This document shows, in pieces, positions 38,763 through 51,053 of a stretch of DNA of 64,000 bases. Position numbers and translations under genes: made by a program. The DNA comes from Octopus vulgaris (Eukaryota), in NCBI GenBank assembly GCA_951406725.2, contig OX597815.1, positions 21,576,001 through 21,640,000 on the forward strand, written 5' to 3'. How positions within the stretch are numbered: the first letter of the stretch is position 1; every line of letters begins with the position of its first letter. The notes below the pieces were generated by a model. The model was given only the letters and a program-made list of their open reading frames with translations. It did not search any database and was not told the origin of the DNA.

Positions 38763-39376
38763 GACAACTGAACGAGGCAGCTCGTGACGACTCAATTAGT
38801 TAAGGAAAGGTCTGCTAGAATCATGATCAGAAGGGATACCTCTACTAAATATAATGGTCAGCGAGAGAAATGAAAACTCCTGTCAACAGTTGTGAAACAA
38901 CACCCTACAATTCTCTCTAGCTCTAATTCTGTCCCTTACAACGTCATTCTATCTCTCTCTGTAATTTCTACTACTAAACAATGAAGAGGTCACATACACA
39001 AACTTTACTTTGCATGCTTTTGGATGTATCAAAACCTGCTCGTCAAGGCAAGGTATTGTAACGTAACAGCAAATAAATATTTCTTTAAAACTTCATGCAT
39101 TGTTCATCTTTTACATCCTACAGTATGCAATTATACTAACAATTATTTATCGTCCCACCAACTGACTCCGACATTTCATCATAATAATATGTACCAAATC
39201 AACCATCTGCAATTACACATGGATTTTATTTTAAACATGTTAGCTTTGGAACTTTCCTTCAGTTTTTCTGTCACATGCACATAGATTTTTGCTGAAAATA
39301 TTCAATATATTAAAAAAAATTCGACGTTTCGAGCGCAGGTTCAGTGTTGTTTTTATTATGTTCTCTGTTAGATATG

Positions 39377-39442
<66 letters not shown>

Positions 39443-40757
39443 CATACCTTTTATGAAATACATGCCGACGTTAAGACGTTTTCTCACTATAACAAACGTT
39501 GCATCATTAGAAACTGTCTCGTGTGCAGGTAATTTATATAATTCGCATAACCAATCTAGAATATGAATTTTACCTACACAAATAACTGTTGCTAACATTC
39601 TAAGAAATGCATATAAGTTTTCGCATTCTGCAGATTTCGAGTTTCCGAAGTTATAGTGTAAAATTAAATTTTTTGTTTGTTTTAAATTCACAAAGAAACA
39701 TGATTAGTGTAACGAAATAATGAGTGGAACTGTGTAATAGAGTGAGATTAAGAAAAATTACGTCGGAGAAAACGATTTGTAAACAGCTTCTTAATCAGTT
39801 TAAACAGGATTCTTCCGAGTACAGTTAGTTACCAGGTCTACAATAATGTTAAATATTAATCAATATTAATATTTTGTCCACATGTCTGTCAGATATGCGA
39901 ACCAAATATTTAGCAGGTATTAGAAGTATGAGAAGTAAAGTAAAAGAGCAAATAATTAGATGAACTATTGTGTTATATGGTTTGCTGGGACATTAACAGA
40001 ATTGGAATGTCCATGCTTAGTTACCATGCAATGTGGTAGTACAGTGTAGTAGTTAGATAGTGTTCCAAGACCTTCACTGTTCTGCAGAAATATAAAAGTA
40101 CAGGCGACGCAAAACACAATGGAGACCTCATTATTGTGATTACTTTTGGACAGAACCTTTTCGATAACAATAATCAGCTTCTAACATTAAACATATAAAG
40201 AATTTGGGAGACTTTAATTTTGACAACAATAACCGGTTGATAACATTATCTAAAATGGCTTCCATTTTCTATACAACCATCCTTTTACTCAACATGAATC
40301 ATGGCGTATATTATTTTCAGGGGAAACAACTTTAAGAAACGAAATGGAGTTGCTTTACTTGTATTGCATACTCAGTATCGTTCTAATAACACAAGGTTCG
40401 ATGCCAATTTCTGTTGTTGGAGTATCTCTGAAAAAAGCCTATTTTGCAAGAATATTAAAAAAAAAAAACAAACTTATTACTGATCTGTAAGTTATATCTG
40501 TCTTACAAATTCAATGTGAGCAAGCACAATCTGATCGTAGAATTACACGCATGAGCACGCACTTACCTACCTACCTACAAATCCACCTACCTACTTACCT
40601 ATCCATCTACCTACCTACCTCCCTACCTACCGGTTTAAACAGAAACGTGGAAAGGAAGAAATCACATCTTCGTTGGACATGAAAGATATCGAAAATATTG
40701 ACAGGAAGAGTAGCCTCCCTTGGATGTCTAATTCATATACTACTGAAGAGTATACAT

Positions 40758-41335
40758 CAAGGCTGGCCAACCTGAAGCCCGCGGGCCGCATGCGGCCCAC
40801 TTAATACTTTCTTGAAATATTGTGTTTAATTTCAAAATAAATTTGTTTGTGTGTAAAACATTTGTTTCAAAATAAATTTAAAATTTATAAGTGGCAATAA
40901 AACAATAGCCTACAATTTTATGATTTTAAACAAACGTAGGGATGGCTGTGTGGTAAGTAGCTTGCTTACCAGCCACATGGTTCTGGGCTCAGTCTCACTG
41001 CGTGGCACCTTGTGCAAGTGTCTTCTACTATAGCTTCGGGTCGACCAAAGCCTTGTGAGTGGATTTGGTAGACGGAAACTGAAAGACGCCTGTCGTATAT
41101 ATGTATATATATATACATATGTGTGTGTGTGTGTGTGTGTGTGTGTCTGTGTGTGTATGTTTGTGTGCCTGTGTTTGTCCCCCACCCAACATCGCTTGAC
41201 AACCGCTGCTGGTGTGTTTGCGTCCCCGTAATTTAGCGGGTCGGCAAAAGATACTGATAGAATAAGTACTCGGCTTACAAAGAATAAGTCCTGGGGTCGA
41301 TTTGCTCGCAATGTAATTCGAGTTGGCCAGGCCTG
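40758..41335. mobile_element. hAT-type MITE with a nested SINE A (40936-41308)
   Basis: TIRs CAAGGCTGGCCAAC / GTTGGCCAGGCCTG; 8-bp TSD GTATACAT/GTATACAC; GCCCGCGGGCCGCATGCGGCCC subterminal motif. Confidence 0.8.
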
Positions 41336-41382
41336 GTATACACCTTCACCATTCGAGACAAAGCTATATGATTAATAAAATA

Positions 41383-41613
41383 AGGCGGCGAGCTGGCAGA
41401 AACGTTAGCGCGCCGGGCGAAATGCTTAGCGGTATTTCGTCTGTCGTTACGTTGTGAGTTCAAATTCCTCCGAGGTCGACTTTGCCTTTCATCCTTTCGG
41501 GGTCGATAAATTATGTAGCAGTTACGCACTGGGGTCGATCTAATCGGCTTAATCCGTTTGCCTGTCCTTGTTTGTCCCCTCTATGTTTAGCCCCTTGTAG
41601 GTAATAAAGAAAT
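41383..41613 (+). mobile_element. SINE family C monomer
   Basis: 16-bp TSD TATATGATTAATAAAA. Confidence 0.88.
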
Positions 41614-41825
41614 ATATATGATTAATAAAAAAGATAAGAACGTCCCTAAACCGTAACACTATGACAGAGAATATTGCTTGAGTCATACTAGTCTGGAAGA
41701 TATCATCAACATGATCATCAGTGTCCCCAAAATTTCTGCTAGGTATTGTATGATGTCGTTGCAAGAATTGCTTTCAATGCTACCCTTCGGCAGGATTTGA
41801 CATGGCGGTGATTTTAAAAGCACAC

Positions 41826-42123
41826 GGAGGCGCAATGGCCCAGTGGTTAGGGCAGCAGACTCGCGGTCGGAGGATCATGGTATCGATTCCCAGACCCGGC
41901 GTTGTTTGTGTGTTTATTGAGGGAAAACACCTAAAAGCTCCACGAGGCTCCGGGTGGTTTCGACCCCTGTTGTACTCTTTCGCCCCAACTTTCTCTCACT
42001 CTCTCTTCCTGTTTCTTGAGTAAAGCTGCGATGGACTGGCGTCCCGTCCAGCTGCGGGGAACACATACGCCACAGAAACCGGGAAAACGGGCTCATGAGC
42101 CTGGCTAGGCTTGAAAAGGGCGA
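41826..42123 (+). mobile_element. SINE family B copy, tail type 3
   Basis: Same head as other B copies; 3' half CTGCGATGGACTGGCGTCCCGTCCAG...GAAACCGGG differs. Confidence 0.85.
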
Positions 42124-42379
42124 CGTTTATCGTTTATCGTTTAAAAGCACACTAGGACCAGGTTATGTCCTCACTTTTAAAAATAAGGAATACTTGCAGA
42201 ACATTCCAATCATAAACAATACTTTGGTGCAAACAACAGATAGTTTCTTGGAATGAATATAGACCCGTACATATCTGTATATATGTCAGAAGCACAAACG
42301 TAAAGATACACCCCCACACACATGTGTATATATAAAGATAGATAAAAGACAAGCATATATACATACATTTATACGTAAT

Positions 42380-42675
42380 GGAGGCGCAATGGCCCAGTGG
42401 TTAGGGCAGCGGACTCGCGGTTGTAGGATCGCGGTTTCGATTCCCAGACCGAGCGTTGTGAGTGTTTATTGAGCGAAAACACCTAAAGCTCCACGAAGCT
42501 CCGGCAGGGGGTGGTGGCGATCTCTGCTGTACTCTTTCGCCACAACTTTCTTTCACTCTTTCTTCTCTTGGACTGCGCGCTTAGCCAGCGGGGTGGCGTC
42601 ATTTGAAGGCTAAAACAATGCAAAGCGCATTGTGACCAGCGATGTGCAGCAACATCTGATAGCCTGGCCGGTCAC
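42380..42675 (+). mobile_element. SINE family B copy, tail type 1
   Basis: Reverse complement of 4267-4576. Confidence 0.88.
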
Positions 42676-43089
42676 ATACATACATGCATGCATGCATGAA
42701 GATTACCTCCATGCAATCCAAGAACAATCCTTATCAATGGCGTTAGACCTCTGTCGTTCGAGGATGAAACTTGAGTCGTTTGGGCAAAATAATTACTTCT
42801 TCCTGAAAGAGCATGTAAAGTGGCTGAACATACCCCAGATAACACGTACTTTTGACGTAATTCTTGGACAGAATCAGCGTGGCGTGTGTCAGAAGGCTGT
42901 ACAATCCACCTGACGAGTTTCTTTACACCTCTCGTCTATTTACTTTCACTAAATGGTATAAGTTGACATGAGACTTTAGAATATGACTGTTGCTTAAGAT
43001 GCCACGCAGTGGGATCGAACCCGAGATCTTTTGGCTGCGATGCAAAGTTCTTAACTATTTAGTCATACAGCACACTTAATAATTATTAA

Positions 43090-43560
43090 AAAGGCAAAAA
43101 TTACCAGCTGACAACAAATGTACGCCATGCAAAGCCAAAATCGAAGACATTAACTATATTTTGCCAATTGAGAAAAGTCAGCCAAGAAGAAAAAACGAAA
43201 TTAAAACACGACTGACCTAAAACTGTTGTCCAGAGCCACAAAATACAGCATACTCTTGTAAAAGTCAGCTGAATACTTGGACATCAGCTTAGAAAAATAT
43301 TGGAGAAAGAAGATATCTATGGACTATTGGTGAGAAAACTGCAAAACTAGTTGCCAAAATACACTTTGAATTTTATATTAATTACCATTGGAATGCTAGG
43401 ATATATACCAATTCTGCTGGATCAAAATATGACTGAACTTTGATTCCTGAAGAAAGAATGCACAACGATACATTTTAGACGATAATGGGGTAGTAAAAGA
43501 ACTGTAAGATTTCCCTAAAATTTTAGGGATAAATCCTTGTGAAAAAAATGAAAACAAAAA
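43090..43560 (+). mobile_element. Decayed RLE-type LINE 3' remnant
   Basis: DNKCTPCKAKIEDIN (CCHC-like), EKEDIYGLLV and TIGMLGYIP resemble R2/R4/NeSL C-termini. Confidence 0.55.
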
Positions 43561-43734
43561 ACAAAACAAAACAAAACAAAAAAAACCCCTTTTATCTAAA
43601 ATCTTGTCACGAAACCGGTGACCGATCAAAATAAAAGCTAAAATTCCAGTCAGGAAGAGAACACACATAAAACTTTGGGATGAGAGTTTTTCTTATCAGT
43701 ATAAATTTATGACTGGTTACTTATACCAAGAATT

Positions 43735-43890
43735 TCAACCGTGTTTCGTGGTCTGCTACCACAACAGCTCCTTTATAGGATCCAGTTAGCTCAAGACATC
43801 ATCAGGAAGAACAACGTGCGGTTTCGGTCCCAACTCCTCTACCGTTTTGATGTGGTGGCCCCCTCCTTTCGGAGGTGTCTTCAGCTCTGG
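43735..43890 (-). ncRNA. Two tandem degenerate hammerhead-like cores
   Basis: Minus strand: CTGAAGA (43884-43878) ... GAAAC, then CTGATGA (43805-43799), an extended imperfect stem II and GAAAC-ACG-GTT-GAA. Confidence 0.4.
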
Positions 43891-43934
43891 TGTTGGGTGC
43901 ATGTCTTCTTTCTTCTTTCCCCTGGCCTCTTCGA

Positions 43935-44362
43935 GAAACTAATATGGTGTAAATTGAATTGAATATTTCCGTAATATAAACATATATGAATGTTCAAACA
44001 TATTCAAACCTTGTAGAAGTAAGTAATTATAGTAACTATGCAAAGTTCGTAATATTTAGCTCTAAAACGGAAGATCTATCTCTATGATGCAGTTTTATTC
44101 ATGTTTTGAGCTTTCAGAAATTCCATTTACGATTGGCCTTGCATGTGTAGAGAGAATATTTCTGTTTGTTATGAAATGTTTATAAATAGAGAAATAATAG
44201 TACAATCGAATTTCTTTCGGGATATAAAAACAATTTTGAGATTTAGTTATGTCAAATATTATCATGCTTTTGTACAGGTTAGCGTGTTAAAAGTTAATTT
44301 TAAGGGAAGGTATTTTAGCTCTCTTTAATTTATTAAACGTGTCAGGATGAGTGAATGACTAA
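43935..44362. repeat. 428-bp direct repeat, copy 1
   Basis: Appears identical to 46590-47017 (offset 2655; the ORF track gives identical peptides at 44143 and 46798). Confidence 0.95.
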
Positions 44363-44387
44363 CGAGTGTCAACGAGTGTTAGCGGGC

Positions 44388-44700
44388 GACTGACTACCTT
44401 GTCAATTTTTTCCCCTTTAAATACCTGCTGCTAGCCTCCAGCAAGCAACCCCAGCAAGTTCTCACGTGACACTGTCTCAACTTTAACTGACCAATGAAGG
44501 CGCGCAGTGTTCGCCCACGCATTCTCTAAACGAGACTGTCGCCTGTCAATCAGCGAAGCTAATTCAGTGTCAGCTTGTCTCACCTAGTGATGTCATTTTC
44601 CTGCCGGCATGTTATGACTTTCAAGCCATTTTTGGTCTTCTCGCTTCATCCATATATAGAAGCTGGCTTTTTCGACCGCCTCCTGTACTCATCTTATTAG
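44388..44700. promoter_or_regulatory. Promoter-like island (TATA + Inr on minus, E-box, CCAAT)
   Basis: Minus-strand TATTTAAA (44423-44416) lies 32 nt before the A of TCAGTC (44391). Also TCACGTGA ~44462, CCAAT ~44491 and a plus-strand TATATAG at 44653; locally GC-richer. Confidence 0.35.
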
Positions 44701-44949
44701 TTTTCTCAGCTCCGAGCTAGAAAAAACAAATCTTCTTTTGAATATATCTGCAGTATTAACAGGAAGAATGGCTTCTTTTGGACATATGATTGATAAATTA
44801 CATCCCACCTACAACAATACATCTTTATAGGAGATAGCTATTACGTATCTGTGTGAATGATACATCATCGGCAGCCATCCCCAAAATGTCCACTTGTTAC
44901 TACTTTATTACTTTTCTATGTGAGAAATGGTTTTTGGTTGTTTTTAAAT

Positions 44950-45363
44950 TTTACTCATTTTCTTGTTTCAGTCATTTGACTGTGGCCATGCTGGAGCACC
45001 GCCTTTAGTCGAGCCAATCGACCCCAGGACTTATACTTTGTAAGCCTAATACTTATTCTTTCGGTCTCTTTTGCCGAACCGCTAAGTTACGGGGACGTAA
45101 ACACACCAGCATCGGTTGTCAAGCGATGTTGGTGGTGGTGGTGGTGGTGGGCGACAAACACAACACACAAACATACACATACATATATACATACATATAT
45201 ATACATATATACGGCGGGCTTCTTTCAGTTTCCGTCTACCAAATCCACTCACAAGTTGGCCCGAGGCTATAGTAGAAGACACTTGCCCAAGGTGCCACGC
45301 AGTGGGACTGAATCCGGAACCATGTGGTTAGTAAGCAAGCTACTTACCACACAACCACTCCTA
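44950..45363 (-). mobile_element. SINE family A copy
   Basis: Matches 880-1281. Confidence 0.88.
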
Positions 45364-45602
45364 CATAATATTCTAGAGAATTGGATGCTGCGAGTCGGTT
45401 TAGTTGTTTTATTTTATTTATTTTAATCACTGGTCTTTGGTCATGCTGGTGCTCTACTTTTTGTCGGTCATATCCCAATACCTATTTTATCGACTTTTTT
45501 TTTTATCGAACAGGTATACGAGACATAAAAGGACCCAACGGTTGTTTCCATGTTGTAAACCGATGAACATAGAAATCGACGGATACCTTCCCACATGCGT
45601 AC

Positions 45603-46020
45603 CTATTTCTTTACTACCCACAAGAGGCTAAACACAGAGGGGACAAACAAGCACAGAGAAACGGAGTAAGTCGATAATATCGACCCCAGTGCGTAACAGG
45701 TACTTATTTAATCGATCCCGAAAGGATGAAAAGCAAAGTCGACCTCAGCGAAATTTGAACTCAGAACGTAACGGCAGACGAAATACCTATTTCTTTACTA
45801 CCCACAAGGGGCTAAGCACAGAGAGGACAAACAAGGACAGACAAACGGATTAAGTCGATTATATCGACCCCAGTACGTAACTAGTACTTATTCAATCAAC
45901 CACGAAAGGATGAAGGGCAAAGTCGACCTCGGCGGAATTTGAACTCAGAACGTAACGGCAGACAAAATACGGCTACGCATTTCGTCCGGCGTGCTAACGA
46001 TTCTGCCAGCTCGCCGCCTT
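45603..46020 (-). mobile_element. SINE family C dimer
   Basis: Two units; TSD TTCCCACATGC[G/A]TACCT. Confidence 0.88.
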
Positions 46021-46069
46021 TTTTCCCACATGCATACCTAATCACTACACATATTTATTTACACGACAG

Positions 46070-46515
46070 TTTCGCCTTACCAACTGCACGTAGTATGATC
46101 AATCCAAAGTTGGAGAGTTGTTCACGGGAGAAAGAGGTTGCACCTATACAGTTATCTACATGTGTGACCGTATAAGCTCTGGGGTTGGTCCGGAGAACTG
46201 TGAGAATATTTGGACCTCAATGTAGCCAACAAATAAGTTGCGGATGGGAATAATGGGGCAGCCAGAGTTGTAGGGTTTGTGTATTTTTGGAAGGAGATAG
46301 ATGGACGTATGGGATGTTTGGATGATGAGGTTGGTGCTGGTAGGTGGGAGTGCAGAAGAGGAGACAAGGTCATGGATGGAGGACATGTGCTGCTGGTAGG
46401 GGTGGATAGGGTTGGAGGGGGGAAGGAGACAAGTGGGGGTTTTGAAGCTGAGCACTTCCTCCCTGTATAGGTCCGCACACCACATCATGACTGCTCCACC
46501 TTTGTCCAAAGTTGT
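46070..46515 (-). mobile_element. Penelope-like element RT remnant with an internal deletion
   Basis: DKGGAVMMWCADLYREEVL...IYLLPKIHKPYNSGCPII is fused directly to NLFVGYIEVQIFSQFSGPTPEL. These are the PLE motifs DKG, LPKIHK and ANLF, with the segment between the last two missing. Confidence 0.88.
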
Positions 46516-46589
46516 AGAAGAGAAAAAAACATTTGCATATGATGCCGTACAGTGGACTTGCCTGCGTCTACAGTATTGTTTCTGAAAAC

Positions 46590-47017
46590 GAAACTAATAT
46601 GGTGTAAATTGAATTGAATATTTCCGTAATATAAACATATATGAATGTTCAAACATATTCAAACCTTGTAGAAGTAAGTAATTATAGTAACTATGCAAAG
46701 TTCGTAATATTTAGCTCTAAAACGGAAGATCTATCTCTATGATGCAGTTTTATTCATGTTTTGAGCTTTCAGAAATTCCATTTACGATTGGCCTTGCATG
46801 TGTAGAGAGAATATTTCTGTTTGTTATGAAATGTTTATAAATAGAGAAATAATAGTACAATCGAATTTCTTTCGGGATATAAAAACAATTTTGAGATTTA
46901 GTTATGTCAAATATTATCATGCTTTTGTACAGGTTAGCGTGTTAAAAGTTAATTTTAAGGGAAGGTATTTTAGCTCTCTTTAATTTATTAAACGTGTCAG
47001 GATGAGTGAATGACTAA
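46590..47017. repeat. 428-bp direct repeat, copy 2
   Basis: See copy 1. Confidence 0.95.
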
Positions 47018-47049
47018 TGAGTTGTGACAGCCATAGAATAACGTATATA

Positions 47050-47612
47050 TTTGGAAATAGTAAAAAAAAAAGACAAAAAGCAAAGTTATTGGTTTCAGTG
47101 GAAAGTGAAGTCATAAAAGGAAAGATATTTTGAAGAACATTTTAGTTAGATAAACGAGATTTGAGAATTGATGCATAAGTATACATGATTATTCAAAAAG
47201 AATCAACCGATTTCATTACGCAATATTTTAATAAGGAAATAAAGAAATAAATATTTTAATACGGAAAAGCAAGTTCATTATGGAACTAAAGAATAAATTT
47301 GCTTTGCTTGAGGCGATTCCAGAAGATATTGACATAGAAGGGAAATGGAAAAACTTCGGTAAAGCATTCAAACAGACAGGTAAAGAAGTACTCATTGGAT
47401 CGTGATATGCTGATACGCGTCTGGGAGGAATCCTCTTATCGCCTTGATGTTGCCCGTGTTGCAGGTGGTGGCCACATGGAACACTTGTAAGACAGGAAAT
47501 AAAAGTTGATTGTGAGTAAATACTTGTGACTTAGCTGGAGTTTTCTATTGATTGCTTTTCCTTATTAAAATATTGCGTAATGAAATCGGTTCATTCTTTT
47601 TGAATAACCCTG
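47050..47612 (+). mobile_element. LINE fragment (47050-47395) joined to a Tc1-like 3' end (47395-47612)
   Basis: KFIMELKNKFALLE...WKNFGKAFKQTGKEVL (post-endonuclease LINE region), then DRDMLIRVWEESSYRLDVARVAGGGHMEHL-stop and a TIR-like TGAATAACCCTG. Confidence 0.65.
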
Positions 47613-47730
47613 AAAGAAGGAGGCGAGCGTACCAGTTGCGTACTGGGGTCGATATAATCGACTGGCCCCCACCTCCCCAAAAATTTCGGGCCTGTGCCTA
47701 GAGGAGAAAATAATATATACTAGAAAGAAT

Positions 47731-48230
47731 GTGGCGAGCGGGCAGAACTGATAGCATGCTAGTCAAAATGCTTAGCGGTATTTCAGAGTTCAAATTCCGC
47801 CGAGGTCGATTTTGCCTTTCATCCTTTTGGTGTCGATAAATTAAGTCTGTCCTTGTTTAGTCCCTTGTGGGTAGTAAAGAAATAGGTATTTCGTCTGCCA
47901 CTACATTCTGTGTTCAATTTCTGCCGAGGTCGACTTTGCCTTGCATCCTTTCGGGGTCGATAAATTAAGTACCAGTTACGCACTGGGGTCGATGTAATCG
48001 ACTTAATCCGTCTGTCTGTCCTTGTTTGTCCTCTCTGTGTTTAGCCCCTTGTGGGTAGTAAAGAAATAGGTATTTCGTCTGCCGCTACGTTCTGAGTTCA
48101 ATTTCCGCCGAGGTCAACTTTGCCTTTCATCTTTTCGGGGTCGATGAAATAAATACCAGTTAGACACTGGGGTCAATGTAATCGATTTGCACCTCCTGAA
48201 ATTTCTGGCCTTGTGCCGAAATTTGAAACT
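47731..48230 (+). mobile_element. SINE family C trimer
   Basis: Three units with the same junction; 15-bp TSD TATACTAGAAAGAAT. Confidence 0.85.
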
Positions 48231-50631
48231 AACATATACTAGAAAGAATTTTGGGTGATTCAAGAAACAATCATGGCCCTAAATATATTTGAGATTGTTG
48301 CTGTTCAGTCTCAGGTCAACCATGGCCAAAGCAGAATTATGATCAAAGGCATCCCTGTTGTGACCATCTCGACTTTTCGGGGCATGAAAGACTACATTAT
48401 CCAATGAGTCTTTTCCTTATTTAAAATATATATGCTTTGAGTGTATGTGTGTGCGTGTGTGTGTGTGGTGATTAATTGCTAATTCTAGCAGATCGAGTGT
48501 CCTTGCAGAGGCTTCCTCGTTCACTCGATATATTCAAAGTAACAATCATATTTCGGTAATTTGATGATCCGGCAGAGTTTATTATTATTATTATTATTAT
48601 TATTATTTTGTCTTATAGTAGTCTCCTGCTTTTGAGTTCTGCGACTGACAGTTTTTTGAAATGAATGTGATGCGACGAACTCAGTGAGTATCTTAACCAA
48701 TTGAGAAGCCGATCACTTGATGGTTGCAAAGAGAATTCATTTTACGCTAATGAATGCTTTGTTACATTTTGTGAGCGTAGAAATTGATGGATGCAGTGAG
48801 TCTCAGAGAACTGACCACGAAATTATTTGGAATTTGTGCGTTCGGAGAAGAGAAAAGAATACTTTGACTGTGGGTTAAACGCAAGGAACGTTTAGTTTCT
48901 TAAAAATCTTTTTCTAAATTTATTGGGGGGATCTAGACTGTGTCATTCGCAAAATGAACCCCCTTTAATTTTGCTCGGATTGCTTTCAATTTTGGTTTAT
49001 CAATGCAACTCTGAATTTTGATTACGATCAACCAATTATTTTATCTCGTAAATTAAAGAATCTGATGTTATTTGGAATTAAAGTTTGGAAATTTGGGTAA
49101 TTTTATCAACAGACAGCGAGGCATTAACAGCTTGTTATCATGACAACCGCATGCTGCGTTGTGTTTCACTCGCATTTATTGATTCTTCACACCACGAGAT
49201 TTACTTCGTCTGCGTGTTTTATTTTAATAAAAATAAATATTTATCAATTAGAATTTTATTATAGATATTTTTCGTCAATTGTCTTAATATTTTACATATT
49301 TTTCATACATAGCAAAAGTTGTTAGCGATGTTTATACAGTGTCTTGGCATTATGAAGGTGAATGGAATATGTGAATTTGACATTATTTTTGAATTCTGCA
49401 TGCAAAAACATATAAGATACAGGTATTCTTTTTCTTAGGACAAATTCTTTTTTGACCAGTGTTATTCTTATCGTACTTAACAAATCCAGACATGGAAACG
49501 TTACTCAACTTTGAAGTTTTGGGGACAGACACCCCTCTTTCACACACACGCACACACACACACGCATTTATATATTAATGATGTACACAAATCCATGACA
49601 GGTATACATAATACTGAAATACGCATAAAATAAACACATGCAGACAAATATATTAATATAACAAATAAAAAAAAATAAAAAAACATACAATCAATGAAGA
49701 GACAAAAGAAACAGTAAGATGATAGATATTGATTTTATTAGGTGTTTCTGTTTATTTAGAAACCTACAATGAAGAGGTCATTTCACAGACGCTAAACTAT
49801 AAATTTCACAGGGTACAACCTTAAAGTTGACGCCGCTCTGCTAAACGCAGAAAATTTCTGTATCGCTATTAGCTAAAAATACACAGTTTTCGATTTTTAA
49901 ACCCCTGTAACTTTTTCCTCCAATTTTTTTCTCCACAGAACCATACCTTCATAGCAATTAGACTGAAAAACTTAAGCCGATTTTCAGATTTTTTACTGTC
50001 TTTTAAAAAAAATGCATGTTGTGCGAATGAAAGAAACTAGATCCTTTATTGGATATGAAAGTTAGGTTGAAAAATTATTGGTTAGACTTGGAAGACTTTT
50101 CTGTGTGCTGAATATTTGTAAAGTATTTTTGAAGACGTATTACAGTATTTTGTTACACGAGTTTGATAATGGATATAAGTTTGATAATGTTGAGCTTAGG
50201 GATCTGATTCAGTTGTGTGTCGAAGAGACGTTTTCTTTGTAGCATTAGTTTGATAATCTTTTAATGGCTAGAATTGATATGATGAAACACATAGAACTGG
50301 GGTAGGATTTCTAAGCGAAGAAACAGGTTTCTGTGTACCGAAGATTCGAATGACTGGAGAGGAGGATTGTATTGGAAGAGATCGAGTGAAAAAAAAACAA
50401 AACAAAAAGAATTGTGATAGTTTGTGAATACTTCGTTACAAATAATTGTTTTCCTTGAGAATACCCCGAATGAAGAGAGAGGGATAGAAAGAACGAGAGA
50501 GAGAGAGAGCGAGAGAAAGAGAGAGAGGAAAGAAGGGAGGTAGAAAGATTAAGAGAGAGAGAGTGGTGGGGAGAAGGAAATATGTTGTAGTTAATAGTAC
50601 AGTTAAATAAAATACGAATAGTAATGTATTT

Positions 50632-51053
50632 GGATCTTTTCGGTTTGAACAGCAGTTTTTAACAATTTCTAGGTAACTTTAAAATTTTAAATTTCGTATA
50701 CTGGTAGAATGTGTTTATAAAACATCTTTTTCTCTTGGCTTTATTGAGAAAATTCTATAGTTTGTAATATATTTGTTATTTTTTTCTTCAATTTCTACAA
50801 TTTCAACCAATCAATTACGTCTATTCAGGTAAAAAGCATTCTGTGCCGTATGAATATGTCTCTCGTTTAAGAAACAGATTGGGTTTATTTACATTTCTGT
50901 AGAAAAAAAGATACCCTTCCCTCCACCCCTAACCAATCCTAACTAACCCTAAAACAGATAGAAATGCAATAGATCGATACTAGGGTCATAATTATGGGTG
51001 ACAATTACATATGACACTGCTAGAAAAAACTGCCGTTCAAACCGAAAAGATCC
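50632..51053. mobile_element. MITE with ~29-bp TIRs and 8-bp TSD (Merlin-like)
   Basis: GGATCTTTTCGGTTTGAACAGCAGTTTTT / AAAAACTGCCGTTCAAACCGAAAAGATCC; TSD ATGTATTT at 50624-50631 and 51054-51061. A GG start with an 8-bp TSD fits Merlin better than hAT. Confidence 0.85.

Noticed and set aside
42380-42452. tRNA-like sequences at SINE heads (also 1210-1281, 6420-6492, 16940-17007)
   Set aside because: They continue into multi-copy SINE bodies and lack a clean cloverleaf, so they are not tRNA genes.
50925-50955. CCCTAACC/TAACCCTAA telomere-like words
   Set aside because: Only two or three degenerate units inside a MITE; not an interstitial telomere.
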